A stretch of DNA of 63,845 nucleotides, filler included, from Octopus bimaculoides (Eukaryota): NCBI RefSeq assembly GCF_001194135.2. It is 6 parts of 6 records of this genome, joined end to end, with 100 filler letters (N's around TTAATTAATTAA, not from the genome) between each part and the next. Parts side by side here need not be neighbours in the genome. Positions count along the whole stretch, not along the records: positions 61,550 to 63,845 come from NC_069000.1; 5 more parts are not named here. One strand, written 5' to 3'. Under the pieces are notes generated by a model. It searched no databases. It was given only the letters and a program-made list of their open reading frames with translations, and was not told where the DNA came from. Below are positions 63,826 to 63,845 of this stretch, in pieces (the stretch's first letter is position 1; each line of letters begins with the position of its first letter). A program made the translations under genes and the position numbers.

Positions 63826-63845
63826 CCTGTTTATGTATATATATA

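Larger units (their letters stand above)
1..63845. repeat. Pervasive microsatellites: (AT)n, (CA)n, (AAT)n, (CAT)n, (TCT)n, (ATAC)n, (ATCT)n, (CT)n
   Basis: Examples: (AAT)n 3448-3620, (CAT/CAC)n 11766-11885, (TCT)n 13225-13290, (ATCT)n 62110-62190. Most N gaps are bordered by (AT)n or (CA)n. Confidence 0.98.

Noticed and set aside
1-63845. Long ORFs rich in IY/HT/CV/LS/X from the ORF track
   Set aside because: They are translations of dinucleotide or tetranucleotide repeats and N gaps, not genes.

Overview
This is non-coding, repeat-saturated eukaryotic DNA, not prokaryotic. It is AT-rich, with many (AT)n/(CA)n/(AAT)n/(ATCT)n microsatellites and N gaps. The SINE/LINE repertoire looks like octopod cephalopod DNA (Octopus-like; an inference from remembered repeat families, not a database hit). 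I can support no host protein-coding gene: nearly all listed ORFs are microsatellite or N-gap translations or transposon debris. Five artificial 100-bp spacers (44 N + TTAATTAATTAA + 44 N) split the window into six segments that may not be contiguous. Recognisable content: R4/Dong-clade retrotransposon 3' ends stacked in (TAA)n, CR1 and RTE LINE fragments, two Penelope-like element (PLE) remnants (RT YVDD and GIY-YIG), mariner pieces, Tc1/mariner, hAT and piggyBac-like MITEs, three abundant tRNA-headed SINE families (my labels A, B, C), and several short palindromes. The most interesting signal is about ten minimal type I hammerhead-ribozyme-like motifs (CUGANGA...GAAAC...NUH) in several short repeat families. 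One has all three stems (7242-7291). One family appears to couple a tRNA-like Pol III head to a hammerhead tail. Together with the PLE remnants, this suggests a PLE-dependent, ribozyme-bearing mini-element system. Other signals are SINE-B copies inserting into the A-box of their own family and a CpG-decayed (probably methylated) domain at about 39-55 kb. Repeat boundaries are approximate unless a TSD or TIR is quoted.
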